From: Alphaproteobacteria bacterium
GTDB lineage: Bacteria; Pseudomonadota; Alphaproteobacteria; MPNO01; UBA830
DNA length: 64,000 nucleotides
Direction: 5' to 3'
Assembly (NCBI GenBank): GCA_965243135.1
Contig: OZ251539.1
Coordinates: 384,001 to 448,000, forward strand
Shown: piece after piece, positions 1 to 8,615 of the stretch
How positions within the stretch are numbered: position 1 is the stretch's first letter
Layout: each line of letters begins with the position of its first letter
Program-made: the position numbers and the translations under genes
Notes under the pieces: generated by a model
What the model was told of the DNA's origin: nothing
Databases searched by the model: none
Seen by the model: only the letters and a program-made list of their open reading frames with translations

Positions 1-1274
1 CGCTCTTCCCGGACATAGAGCGTGGTCGCCTGCTCCAGAGCGATCTCGAAGCGGCTCACGAGTTTAAGCAGCGCGCGTCGATCGTCGGGTAATCCGGACC
101 ACTTGCTGCTGAGCGTTTCGCCGATGCTCCTTGCCAATCGCTCGGGCAGGTGTTTCCCGGGGTCGGCAAACATTTCGGCGACCAACGGCCAGGGATCGGC
201 GTTGTCGCCGGCCTTGTCGGCGAGGATGCGGGCGACGAAAGTACCGAACTCCAACCCGAACGCCTTCAGCGCCGGGCCGAGCCCGGGGCATGGACCTCGC
301 GCTTTCCACAGTTCACCGAGCCGCGCATCGATCCATTGCAGGCACCTGTCCCAAGGCCCCGGCAGGATGCTTTCGGCCTTGCGGAGCGATTTGGCACACT
401 CAAGCAGCGAGGCAATGGCGCCGTCATGACTGACTAATTCCGAGCCGTACGAGAACTCGAGGAGACGGTCGGCGGGCGAGAAAGCGGCGATCTCCGCCGG
501 ATCGAACTCCGGGTCATCGGCCGCCTTATCGATGGCCGCATGATACGGTAGCAGGAAGCCATCCGCGAAGTCGGGGCGAATGGAGTGCTGGATCATGCGC
601 TCCCACAGCATCGCACGCAATTTTCCCTCGAGATCCCTCGTGGCGTAGTCGTACTCCCGTGCGTTGCCGATATCCTTCACGCGCCCGACGCCGATCAGGA
701 TACGTCCGCCGGGCGAATCCTCCACGAACGGCACCTGCTTGGCGTAGAAGAAGCAGAGCGAGCGCTCTGGTTTGAGATGGCTGGCGAAACAGTCGAGCAG
801 CGATGTTTGGTTTCGGTACTCCAGAATGAACTTTGTGGGGAATCCCAGATAGGGTTCGCGCTCAAGGTCGACATCGAGCCGGTGGTCTTTGCCAAGGGTC
901 TCGATCGCTTCGCGAAACATCCAGGCGAAGGGTACGGCGGGCGCAGAGTAGGGCGGATGTCGCAGCGGCGTCCGCTTGAAGTGACCGTGCTTCGTCTCAG
1001 GGCCGCGGTTGTAGGGGTGATCGGCCATGCGAACGTATTCGAAGGGCGCCATGAAAGCGGCGCGCTCAGCAATGCACGATGGCCATTGCTCCTGCGAAAG
1101 ATTCCGGATGCTTTCTCCTGAGACGGAATCCTCCGCGTCGTCGTTCCGGCTTTTCGCAATGCGCTTGAGCTTGAGGCAAGCGCCATTCAGTCGCGGCGCG
1201 GCGCAGACGTTTCCGTCCCATCCGGTATCGTGCCATGGGACGCGGATGGAGATATGTCTCAACGGATAGTCCAT
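1..1274 (-). CDS. Large RecD-like/AAA helicase family protein, N-terminal part (runs off the left edge)
   Basis: Absent from the ORF track because there is no stop in the window. Manual translation from ATG at 1274 gives MDYPLRHISIRVPWHDTGWDGNVCAAPRLNGACLKLKRI...SLCFFYAKQVPF...RILIGVGRV...DGFLLPYH...EFSYGSELV, open to the edge. I recognise this N-terminus from large RecD-like helicases of defence islands; the helicase motifs themselves lie outside the window. Confidence 0.65.
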   Translation of the reverse strand, partial: MDYPLRHISIRVPWHDTGWDGNVCAAPRLNGACLKLKRIAKSRNDDAEDSVSGESIRNLSQEQWPSCIAERAAFMAPFEYVRMADHPYNRGPETKHGHFKRTPLRHPPYSAPAVPFAWMFREAIETLGKDHRLDVDLEREPYLGFPTKFILEYRNQTSLLDCFASHLKPERSLCFFYAKQVPFVEDSPGGRILIGVGRVKDIGNAREYDYATRDLEGKLRAMLWERMIQHSIRPDFADGFLLPYHAAIDKAADDPEFDPAEIAAFSPADRLLEFSYGSELVSHDGAIASLLECAKSLRKAESILPGPWDRCLQWIDARLGELWKARGPCPGLGPALKAFGLEFGTFVARILADKAGDNADPWPLVAEMFADPGKHLPERLARSIGETLSSKWSGLPDDRRALLKLVSRFEIALEQATTLYVREE

Positions 1275-1642
1275 TGCCGTTCCGAGCCGTGAGGATCTTC
1301 AAGTCCCTCCGCCAACGCGGCGCAGGAAGCAGTATTCCGTTCGCTATATCAGTGCGCACGGGCCGTCAAGCTCTGCCCCGCAAATTGTGGCGCCGCTCGC
1401 TGCATCCTGCCCCGACGCTGGGGGTTTCCTCGGCCGAACCAGCACGCGAGCATCGGCCGGCAGCAGAATCAAATCCTGATACAGCGGCGCGATAGGATAG
1501 CTCGGCATCGTTCTTCGCCATTGTGCGGTACGATGGCGCGGTCCGGCGGCGGTAGACCGACCGACCGTAGCCAGCGCCAGCGGGCCGCTTCGGCCGGAGC
1601 GGGCGGGTCGCCGGACGACCTTCAACAGCAAGTCCCGGAGAA

Positions 1643-1668
1643 ACCATTGCGCCAGCCGGCGCAATGGT
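1643..1668 (-). terminator. Perfect 11-bp hairpin directly downstream of the array (terminator-like)
   Basis: ACCATTGCGCC-AGCC-GGCGCAATGGT, followed by TTC on the minus strand; 2 bp from the last repeat. Confidence 0.45.
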
Positions 1669-1670
1669 CG

Positions 1671-1882
1671 CCATCGGCCCACGCGCACGCGGGCGGAAAG
1701 GAAGATCTCGTGCGCGCCAACGGTGCCGATCACATCGGCCCACGCGCACGCGGGCGGAAAGCCTCCGCGTTGGCCAGGATCAGGTCCTGGAGCCATCGGC
1801 CCACGCGCACGCGGGCGGAAATCATCCGCCTGGACGGTTGGCCGCCAAACGGCCCATCGGCCCACGCGCGCACGGGCGGAAA
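1671..1882 (-). CRISPR. Orphan CRISPR-like mini-array: 4 x 29-bp repeats, 3 x 32-bp unique spacers
   Basis: Repeats start at 1671, 1732, 1793 and 1854 (exact 61-bp period). Plus-strand consensus CCATCGGCCCACGCGCACGCGGGCGGAAA. The minus-strand RNA folds GCCCGCG-UGCG-CGUGGGC with a G-U wobble, which would be an A-C mismatch on plus. Spacers are unrelated to each other. Confidence 0.85.
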
Positions 1883-1939
1883 CAGTGTGATACGGGATCA
1901 CATTATTTTTTCGGGACCGCAACATGCGGTAGGCCCGAG

Positions 1940-2080
1940 AGGCGAGTCGCGTTTTCATGCCCACTACATATCGAGCAAATTTGCCCGATTACCGGCGGGA
2001 TCAAGGCCAGGGTCCGGGTCCACGAGTACCCCGACCATACCCGCGCCGTTTTCCACGCTTCTGGACGCCTCGCACGCTAA
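1940..2080 (+). pseudogene. Transposase C-terminal remnant (ISNCY/IS1202-like)
   Basis: IKARVRVHEYPDHTRAVFHASGRLAR resembles the VKAxVxVHEYPDGxxAxFHGPxxLARY tail of ISNCY transposases. Confidence 0.45.
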
Positions 2081-2421
2081 CGGACCGATGGGTCTTCGCA
2101 ATGCAAACCAGAAAGCCGTGCAACCGGCTCCGACGCGACCCTCTGGAGCAGAGAGCCGCTTCGTGCCTAACCGCCTCCCCGCAGGCCCGACCATTGGAAC
2201 GGAAACGGCAAGCCGCCAAGGCGAGCCCGAAGTGTTATGATGCTGCAAGTCGAGTACTTACCTGAAAGACATCCCGCCGAGGGCGTTCTTCTACCCCATC
2301 CGAACTCGGGAGATAAGTCGTTATTTGTCCGAAACCGGCAGATAGTCAGTTCCATGTGTCTCAGGAAACGGCTTGCGCCGTTTGTGTTTCGCAAAGCCGC
2401 AAGGCCGACGGAGGTTGCAAC

Positions 2422-4533
2422 ATGAGGATTCGTTCCCGTGAATTACTGCGGCTGGTTGCGATCTTCGTCTCGACGGCAGCGGTCGCAGGGGCGGCGGATC
2501 GGCTTGCTGCCCAGAAACTTGGCGAACCCGCCGCGAAACCCGAAACCGGAATTGCGCTGCCTGACCGCCGCCCGCCGCCGACAACCCAACAGATGCCGGA
2601 CGATGCGGCAGTTGTCGAAATTGAACGCCGCTTCATCGAACTCCAGAACGAAGACATCGAACTTAGGAAGGAAAACAACGAACTCAGGAAGGAAATTCTC
2701 CTGGGCCGCAGCAAATTGGTCGACTGGTGGCTTGCCGCAGTTGCCGTGCTGCTGACCACGTTCGGCGTTATTCTCGCCATTGCCGGTTTTTTCGGTTTCA
2801 GGCGATTTCGCGAAATCGAGAAGGAGGCGAGGGAGAGCGTGAGCGCGGCCGAGCGACAATTCGAAAAGGCTGCGACCCTCGTTGACAACATCAAGACAAC
2901 GAAACAACAGGCCGACTTTATTCTCGGTAGCCTAAAGGAAACTACTTCGGAATTCGTTCGCGACAATCCGGAAAGAGCGGACGAAGTCGCAAGAAGCGTT
3001 CGGGAAAATCCGATGGCGACCTTAGTGGATCGGGCGATCGCAGACGCCATCTCGCTTCAGGGATCGGAAGATTTTGAGGCGGCAATCGAAAAATGGCGAT
3101 CGATTGCCAACCTTTCGGAAGGGACCGATCGAGGCCTCGCGGCGCGGTCGTGGTTTTCCGTCGGATATCTGTGTCAGGAAATTTCCGACACCGAAGCGGC
3201 GATAATGGCCTATGACAGAGCCCTGCAAATGAACCCTGGTTCGGCCGCTGCCTACAACAACCGCGGCAACGCCAATTGCGATCTGGGACTGCACGAAGAG
3301 GCCCTCGCGGATTACGGCGCGGCGATCCGGCTCAGCCCGGACGATGCCGCTGCCTACTACAACCGCGGCGCCGCCAAGAGCGATCTGGGACTGCACGAAG
3401 AGGCCCTCGCGGATTACAGCGAGGCGATCCGGCTCAAGCCGGACTATGCCGAAGCGTACAACAACCGCGGCAACGCCAAGAAAGATCTGGGACTGCACGA
3501 AGAGGCCCTCGCGGATTATAGCGAGGCAATCCGGCTCAAGCCGGACTATGCCGAAGCGTACAGCAACCGCGGCATCGCCAAGAAAGATCTGGGACTGCAC
3601 GAAGAGGCCCTCGCGGATTATAGCGAGGCAATCCGGCTCAAGCCGGACTATGCCGAAGCGTACAGCAACCGCGGCGTCGCCAATTGCGATCTGGGACGGC
3701 ACGAAGAGGCCCTCGCGGATTACGGCGAGGCGATCCGGCTCAAGCCGGACTATGCCGAAGCGTACAACAATCGCGGCAATGCCAAGAGCGATCTGGGACG
3801 GCGCGAAGAGGCCCTCGCGGATTACGGCGAGGCGATCCGGCTCAGGCCGGACTTTGCCGAAGCGTACAACAACCGCGGCATCGCCAGGAGAAATCTGGGA
3901 CAGCACGAGGAGGCCCTCGCGGATTACGGCGAGGCGGTCCGGCTCAAGCCGGACGATGCCGTTGCCTACTGCAACCGAGGCGTCGCCAAGAGCGATCTGG
4001 GACGGCACGAAGAGGCCCTCGCGGATTACGGCGAGGCGATCCGGCTCAAGCCGGACTATGCCGAAGCGTACAACAACCGCGGCAACGCCAAGAAAGATCT
4101 GGGACTGCACGAAGAGGCCCTCGCGGATTACGGCGAGGCGATCCGGCTCAAGCCGGACGATGCCGAAGCGTACAACAACCGCGGCAATGCCAAGAGCGAT
4201 CTGGGACGGCGCGAAGAGGCCCTCGCGGATTACGGCGAGGCGATCCGGCTCAAGCCGGACGATGCCGAAGCGTACAACAACCGAGGCGTCGCCAAGAGCG
4301 ATCTGGGACGGCACGAAGAGGCCATCGCGGATTACGGCGAGGCGGTCCGGCTCAGCCCGGACTTTATCTCTACATATTACAATCGGGGGCGGGCAAATAT
4401 GGAATTGGGACATGCGAGCAAAGCGCGGCAAGACTTCATGACAACGATGGCCTTGGCTCAAGAAAAAGGCGACGAGAAACTTGCCCGTGCCGCGAGAGAA
4501 GCCCTTGGAACATCGCTCGACGAAAACGAATGA
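2422..4533 (+). CDS. Membrane-anchored tetratricopeptide repeat protein
   Basis: Signal peptide, coiled coil, TM segment (WWLAAVAVLLTTFGVILAIAGFFG), then about 12-13 34-aa TPRs (AEAYNNRGxAxxDLGxHEEALADYxEAIRLKPD). GGAGG RBS before ATG 2422. Confidence 0.9.
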   Translation: MRIRSRELLRLVAIFVSTAAVAGAADRLAAQKLGEPAAKPETGIALPDRRPPPTTQQMPDDAAVVEIERRFIELQNEDIELRKENNELRKEILLGRSKLVDWWLAAVAVLLTTFGVILAIAGFFGFRRFREIEKEARESVSAAERQFEKAATLVDNIKTTKQQADFILGSLKETTSEFVRDNPERADEVARSVRENPMATLVDRAIADAISLQGSEDFEAAIEKWRSIANLSEGTDRGLAARSWFSVGYLCQEISDTEAAIMAYDRALQMNPGSAAAYNNRGNANCDLGLHEEALADYGAAIRLSPDDAAAYYNRGAAKSDLGLHEEALADYSEAIRLKPDYAEAYNNRGNAKKDLGLHEEALADYSEAIRLKPDYAEAYSNRGIAKKDLGLHEEALADYSEAIRLKPDYAEAYSNRGVANCDLGRHEEALADYGEAIRLKPDYAEAYNNRGNAKSDLGRREEALADYGEAIRLRPDFAEAYNNRGIARRNLGQHEEALADYGEAVRLKPDDAVAYCNRGVAKSDLGRHEEALADYGEAIRLKPDYAEAYNNRGNAKKDLGLHEEALADYGEAIRLKPDDAEAYNNRGNAKSDLGRREEALADYGEAIRLKPDDAEAYNNRGVAKSDLGRHEEAIADYGEAVRLSPDFISTYYNRGRANMELGHASKARQDFMTTMALAQEKGDEKLARAAREALGTSLDENE
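3244..4365 (+). repeat. About 11 near-identical 102-bp tandem repeats encoding TPRs
   Basis: gaagaggccctcgcggatta...atccggctcaagccggac recurs every 102 bp. Confidence 0.9.
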
Positions 4534-5560
4534 TGTACACGCCCGGCGCTGCGGATCCCGGCGAGCTTCGGCAGCGGACTCCGAAAACATCCCCCTCTTT
4601 CAATTCAGAAACGCGACGCAAGCGGTCGGAATCATCGGACGCCCGCTCGCGAATGCGCAGCTGCCCGAACAGTTGAAACGCCTGAACGGAAGGCGATGGC
4701 GTTTCGCCGAATGGAGCATGTTCGCTTGAAGAACGAGTGCGAAGTGGCACCCGAAGTTTTGTGCCGCGGAGACGCGGCTCGCCCGAGTGCCGCTGGAGAA
4801 GGAGTGCTCGTGGGTGAATGACGAGAGCTGGGACAGCGGCCCCGCAGCCGGGTGGTCAATCGGGGATCTCGACGGAGCGGAGATCAGTCGCACCGTCGAG
4901 GAGGCGGTCCGCCGCCGACGGCTATCGGATCCGGAGACCCGGGAACCACCCGGCATGCTGCGCGCTCTGGGGCTTCTCGTCGACGATGCCCCGCGGCGCG
5001 CGAGCGTCGTGCTGTTCGGGCGCGCTGAACGCCCGATGATGCCGCGATGCCTGTGCGCTCGCATACGCGGCCGTTCCGAGTATCTGGACGACCGGCGGTT
5101 CAACGGCAACGTCTTCACGCTTCTTGCAAAGGCGGAGCGATTCCTGCTCGATACGCTGCCGATAGCGGGCAGGTTCGAGGCCGGACGATTCGATCGGATC
5201 GACGAGCCGCTGTACCCGCCGCTCGCGACACGCGAGGCTCTCGTGAACGCCTTTTGCCATCAGGACTACGCGATGCGCGGCGGCCTCGTGAACGTGACGG
5301 TCTACGACGACCGCCTGGAGATCGCGTCCTCCGGCAATCTGGCTTCCGGGTCGAGTCCGGGAAAACCGTTCGCGCCGCACGAGCACCTGCCGCCGAACCC
5401 GCGGATCGCCCGCACCTTGCATCTGCGGGGCGTTATCGAGGCGCGCGGAGGCGGAATTCCGAGGATGGCGGAATGGACCTCCTTGGCGGGGCAGCCGCGC
5501 CCGGAATTCGTGGAAAGCGACGATGTCTTGATGGTCCGGTTTCGACGCGGCCGGGCGTAG
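4533..5560 (+). pseudogene. Degenerate AlbA/Schlafen-HATPase_c_4 type ATP-binding protein
   Basis: 4787-5560 carries YPPLATREALVNAFCHQDY...VYDDRLEIASSG...NPRIA...GVIEARGGGI. The N-terminal part is broken and no C-terminal HTH is seen. Confidence 0.6.
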
Positions 5561-5627
5561 TTTCCACCCCACAGGCGCACGCTGCCCCACGGATCCGCAC
5601 GCTCGCGGCGCATTTTCGCGAACATAC

Positions 5628-6112
5628 CAAACGCTCATGATCGGAGCCTGCTCGCCCCGTAGCATGTAACTTTGGGGGTGGTTCTCCCGGCCTCGCGCCA
5701 TGCGCCGACATAACCGTTCCGCGTTCGGGCGTCGAGGCGCGAAGACAGGGCTATACGGGGCTGCCCTCAGTGTCACGCTCCTCTCGAACGGCGAGCGCCG
5801 CCGCGAAAAAATCTCGCGGAACGGTTTCGTGTGGCCGGCAGATCAGGGTAGTTACACAACAACAAACGCTCATGATCGGAGCCTGCTCACCCCGTAGCAT
5901 GTAACTTTGGGGGTGGTTCTCCCGGCGTCGCGCCGCTATCATGCGCCCACATAACCGTTCCGCGTTCGGGCGTCGCGGCGTGAAGACAGGGCTATACGGG
6001 GCAGCCCTCAGCGTCACGCTCCTCTCGAACGACCAGCGCCGCCGCGAAAAATCTTCGATTCGCGGAATGGTTTTTTGCGGCCGGCAGCTCGGAGGTAGTT
6101 ACACAGCAAACG
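5628..6112. repeat. Tandem direct duplication of a ~235-244-bp non-coding unit
   Basis: CAAACG boundaries at 5628, 5863 and 6107. The two units align throughout (atgatcggagcctgctc...gcatgtaactttgggggtggttctcccggc...gacagggctatacgggg...ggtagttacac) with scattered substitutions and indels. Confidence 0.9.
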
Positions 6113-6219
6113 AAGGTCTTTTTCGGCCGGGCGTCTGGACATCCGGAATTTTTTTGCCCGTCGGGGCATGTCATGATTCTTTCCGCGCCGTGCTAGAAGA
6201 AGGTCAAGGCGGTAACAGA

Positions 6220-7443
6220 ATGGCCAGCATGCTGCTTTCCCGACCGGCTGCCTCTTCGGCCGATCCGCTCCCTGTCGCGGACATCCAGACCGGGCGCGCG
6301 ATCTATCTCGACTACGCCGCGACGACGCCGGTAGATCCTTCCGTCGCCAAGACAATGGCTGGATTCCTCACGGTCGACGGCGATTTCGGCAATCCCGCCT
6401 CGACCACCCACGAATTCGGCCGGGTTGCGGCAGACGCCGTTGAGGATGCCCGCGGGGAAGTCGCGAAGCTGCTTGCGGCAAAGCCTCGGGAAATCGTCTG
6501 GACCTCCGGCGCCACCGAAGCGATCAATCTCGCCATGAAGGGAACCGCGCTTGCCCGCGGGGGCCGCGGCGCGCACATCGTCACATCGGCTCTGGAACAC
6601 AAGGCGGTCCTGGACACGGCGGCCTGGCTCGAATCCCAGGGTTTCGACGTCGACCGCATCCGACCCGGCGGCGGAACGGTCACCGCCGAGAGTCTTGCCG
6701 AGGTCTTGCGACCGGACACCGTCCTCGTATCGCTGATGCACGTCAACAACGAGACCGGAACCGTCACCGATATCGCGGAACTCGGTTCCCTGATTCGGGA
6801 GCACGGAGCTTTGTTTCACGTGGACGCGGTGCAAAGCGCCGCCCGGCTTCCTCTCGACGATATTGCCGCCGCAGCCGATCTGATCTCGATCAGTGCGCAC
6901 AAGATGTACGGGCCAAAGGGAATCGGCGCGCTTCACGTTCGCGGACGCCTCGCCGCCGAACTGGAGCCCCTGATGCACGGAGGCGGACACGAACGCGGAT
7001 TGCGCCCGGGAACGCTCCCGGTGCACCAGATCGTCGGCATGGGGCACGCAGCCCGACTTGCGCTCCAGCGGCGCGATAGCGACACGGAACGCGTCGGCGC
7101 GCTCGATGAGCGGCTCCGCGACCACATCGAACGGATCGAGGGCGCCGAGATCAACGGGAACCCCGATTGGCGCGTCCCCGGCATTCTCAGCGTTCATTTT
7201 CCGGGCGTCGAGGCTGAATCGCTGATGGTCGCGCTCGACAATCTTGCGGTCTCCTCAGGTTCCGCCTGCACGTCGGCCGATGTCGAGCCGTCGCATGTCC
7301 TGCGCTCTCTCGGCTACGACGCCGAACGCGCGCTTTCGTCGGTGCGCATAAGCTTCGGGCGGTTCACGACCGCCCGTGAGATCGACTGCGCCGGAGAACT
7401 GCTTCGGGAAACGGTAACAATCCTTCGGAGAATTGCACGATGA
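6220..7443 (+). CDS. dndA: Cysteine desulfurase (DndA/IscS-like)
   Basis: IYLDYAATTP, FGNPAS, WTSGATEA, MHVNNETG, HVDAVQ, SAHKMYGPKG (PLP lysine), SSGSACTS (catalytic Cys). ATGA overlap with the dndC-like gene. Confidence 0.85.
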   Translation: MASMLLSRPAASSADPLPVADIQTGRAIYLDYAATTPVDPSVAKTMAGFLTVDGDFGNPASTTHEFGRVAADAVEDARGEVAKLLAAKPREIVWTSGATEAINLAMKGTALARGGRGAHIVTSALEHKAVLDTAAWLESQGFDVDRIRPGGGTVTAESLAEVLRPDTVLVSLMHVNNETGTVTDIAELGSLIREHGALFHVDAVQSAARLPLDDIAAAADLISISAHKMYGPKGIGALHVRGRLAAELEPLMHGGGHERGLRPGTLPVHQIVGMGHAARLALQRRDSDTERVGALDERLRDHIERIEGAEINGNPDWRVPGILSVHFPGVEAESLMVALDNLAVSSGSACTSADVEPSHVLRSLGYDAERALSSVRISFGRFTTAREIDCAGELLRETVTILRRIAR

Positions 7444-8615
7444 CCGCCACTCGGGACAATGCCGTCGCGACTCTTCCTGATCGACTGGACGCAATCCTCT
7501 GCACGCTCCGGAAGGAGTACCGGAGGAGGCATCGGCATCCTTGGATCGTCGCTTATTCGGGCGGGAAGGATTCCACTTTGCTGCTGCAATTCGTCTGGGA
7601 AACCGTTGCCGGACTTGCGGAGGCGGAACGCAAGCGGCCGGTGTTCGTCGTCGGAAACGACACGCTCGTGGAATCCCCCCTGGTCATCCGGCACCTCCGG
7701 GACTCGCTGGAGACTGTCGGTGCCGCCGCCGAGCGCGAGGGCCTTCCGCTCGAAACCGAAATCACCGAGCCATGCATCGACCAGACTTTCTGGGTCAACG
7801 TCATTGGCCGCGGGTACATCCCTCCGACCAGGAACTTCCGCTGGTGCACCGACAGGATGAAGATCGTACCGACCAACCGGTTGCTGGAACAGGTGGTCCG
7901 TGAAACCGGAGGAGCGATTCTCCTGATCGGCAGCCGCAGGGCCGAGTCGGACAACCGCAAGCGGGCGATGGACCGCCGGAAAGTTTCCGCCCTGCGCATG
8001 AACCCGCACAGCTCCGTCGCCGGATGCAGGATGTTCGCTCCGCTCGCGGACCTCTCCGACGACGATGTGTGGATGACGCTGATGCAACGCAAACCGCCGT
8101 GGGGCGGGACGCATCGACGGTTGATCACGCTCTACAGGAACGCGGGCGGCGGGGAATGCCCTCTGGTGATGACGAAAGAACAGGCTCCGTCCTGCGGAAC
8201 CTCTTCGCCGCGTTTCGGCTGCTGGACCTGCACCGTCGTAACCAAGGACCGCAGCCTCCGCGGGCTGATCGAATCCGGACATGCGGAGGCGGCGAAGATG
8301 GAGGCTCTCGGAGATTTCCGGGAGTGGCTGGTCGAGACTCGCGAGAACAATGCGAACCGGCTGCCGGTCCGGAGGAACGGGAACGCGAAGCGGCGGGCCG
8401 ATGGATCGACGGTCTTCGGCCCGTTCAGGCTGGAAGTCCGGAAGGAAATTTTGAAACGCTTGCGCGATCTTGAAACGGAAATCGGGGAAGATCTCATCCT
8501 TCCTGCGGAAGTCGAATGCATCGAAGACATGTGGTGGCGCGACGAAATCCGCGAGAACGCGCGACAGGCTCTCGACCGGCGCATGTTCGCCGACGCCGAG
8601 GAAGTCGCCGCATGA
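7440..8615 (+). CDS. dndC: DndC-like PAPS-reductase-family sulfurtransferase
   Basis: WIVAYSGGKDS (PP-loop), DTLVESP, FWVNVIGRGY.PPTRNFRWCTDRMKI, ECPLV...PSCG...RFGCWTCTVV.KDRS, GPF: DndC signatures. Confidence 0.88.
   Translation: MTATRDNAVATLPDRLDAILCTLRKEYRRRHRHPWIVAYSGGKDSTLLLQFVWETVAGLAEAERKRPVFVVGNDTLVESPLVIRHLRDSLETVGAAAEREGLPLETEITEPCIDQTFWVNVIGRGYIPPTRNFRWCTDRMKIVPTNRLLEQVVRETGGAILLIGSRRAESDNRKRAMDRRKVSALRMNPHSSVAGCRMFAPLADLSDDDVWMTLMQRKPPWGGTHRRLITLYRNAGGGECPLVMTKEQAPSCGTSSPRFGCWTCTVVTKDRSLRGLIESGHAEAAKMEALGDFREWLVETRENNANRLPVRRNGNAKRRADGSTVFGPFRLEVRKEILKRLRDLETEIGEDLILPAEVECIEDMWWRDEIRENARQALDRRMFADAEEVAA

Noticed and set aside
1700-1853. Self-targeting of spacers within the window
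   Set aside because: No convincing protospacer found by eye; this needs an alignment.
1344-2265. ORFs crossing the CRISPR-like array, checked as possible cas2/cas6
   Set aside because: Translations of repeats and an IS remnant; no Cas motifs.
3022-4676. Long alternative-frame and antisense ORFs over the TPR gene; periodic DNA could suggest an array
   Set aside because: Shadows of 102-bp coding repeats; there are no unique spacers.
5660-5860. Integron attC, group II intron or riboswitch identity for the tandem unit
   Set aside because: The TGTAAC/GTTACA boxes do not fit RYYYAAC/GTTRRRY, there is no integron integrase, and no domain V or known aptamer consensus was recognised.
5941-6219. 93-codon N-terminal extension of the desulfurase ORF
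   Set aside because: It runs through the non-coding repeat; family similarity begins only after ATG 6220.
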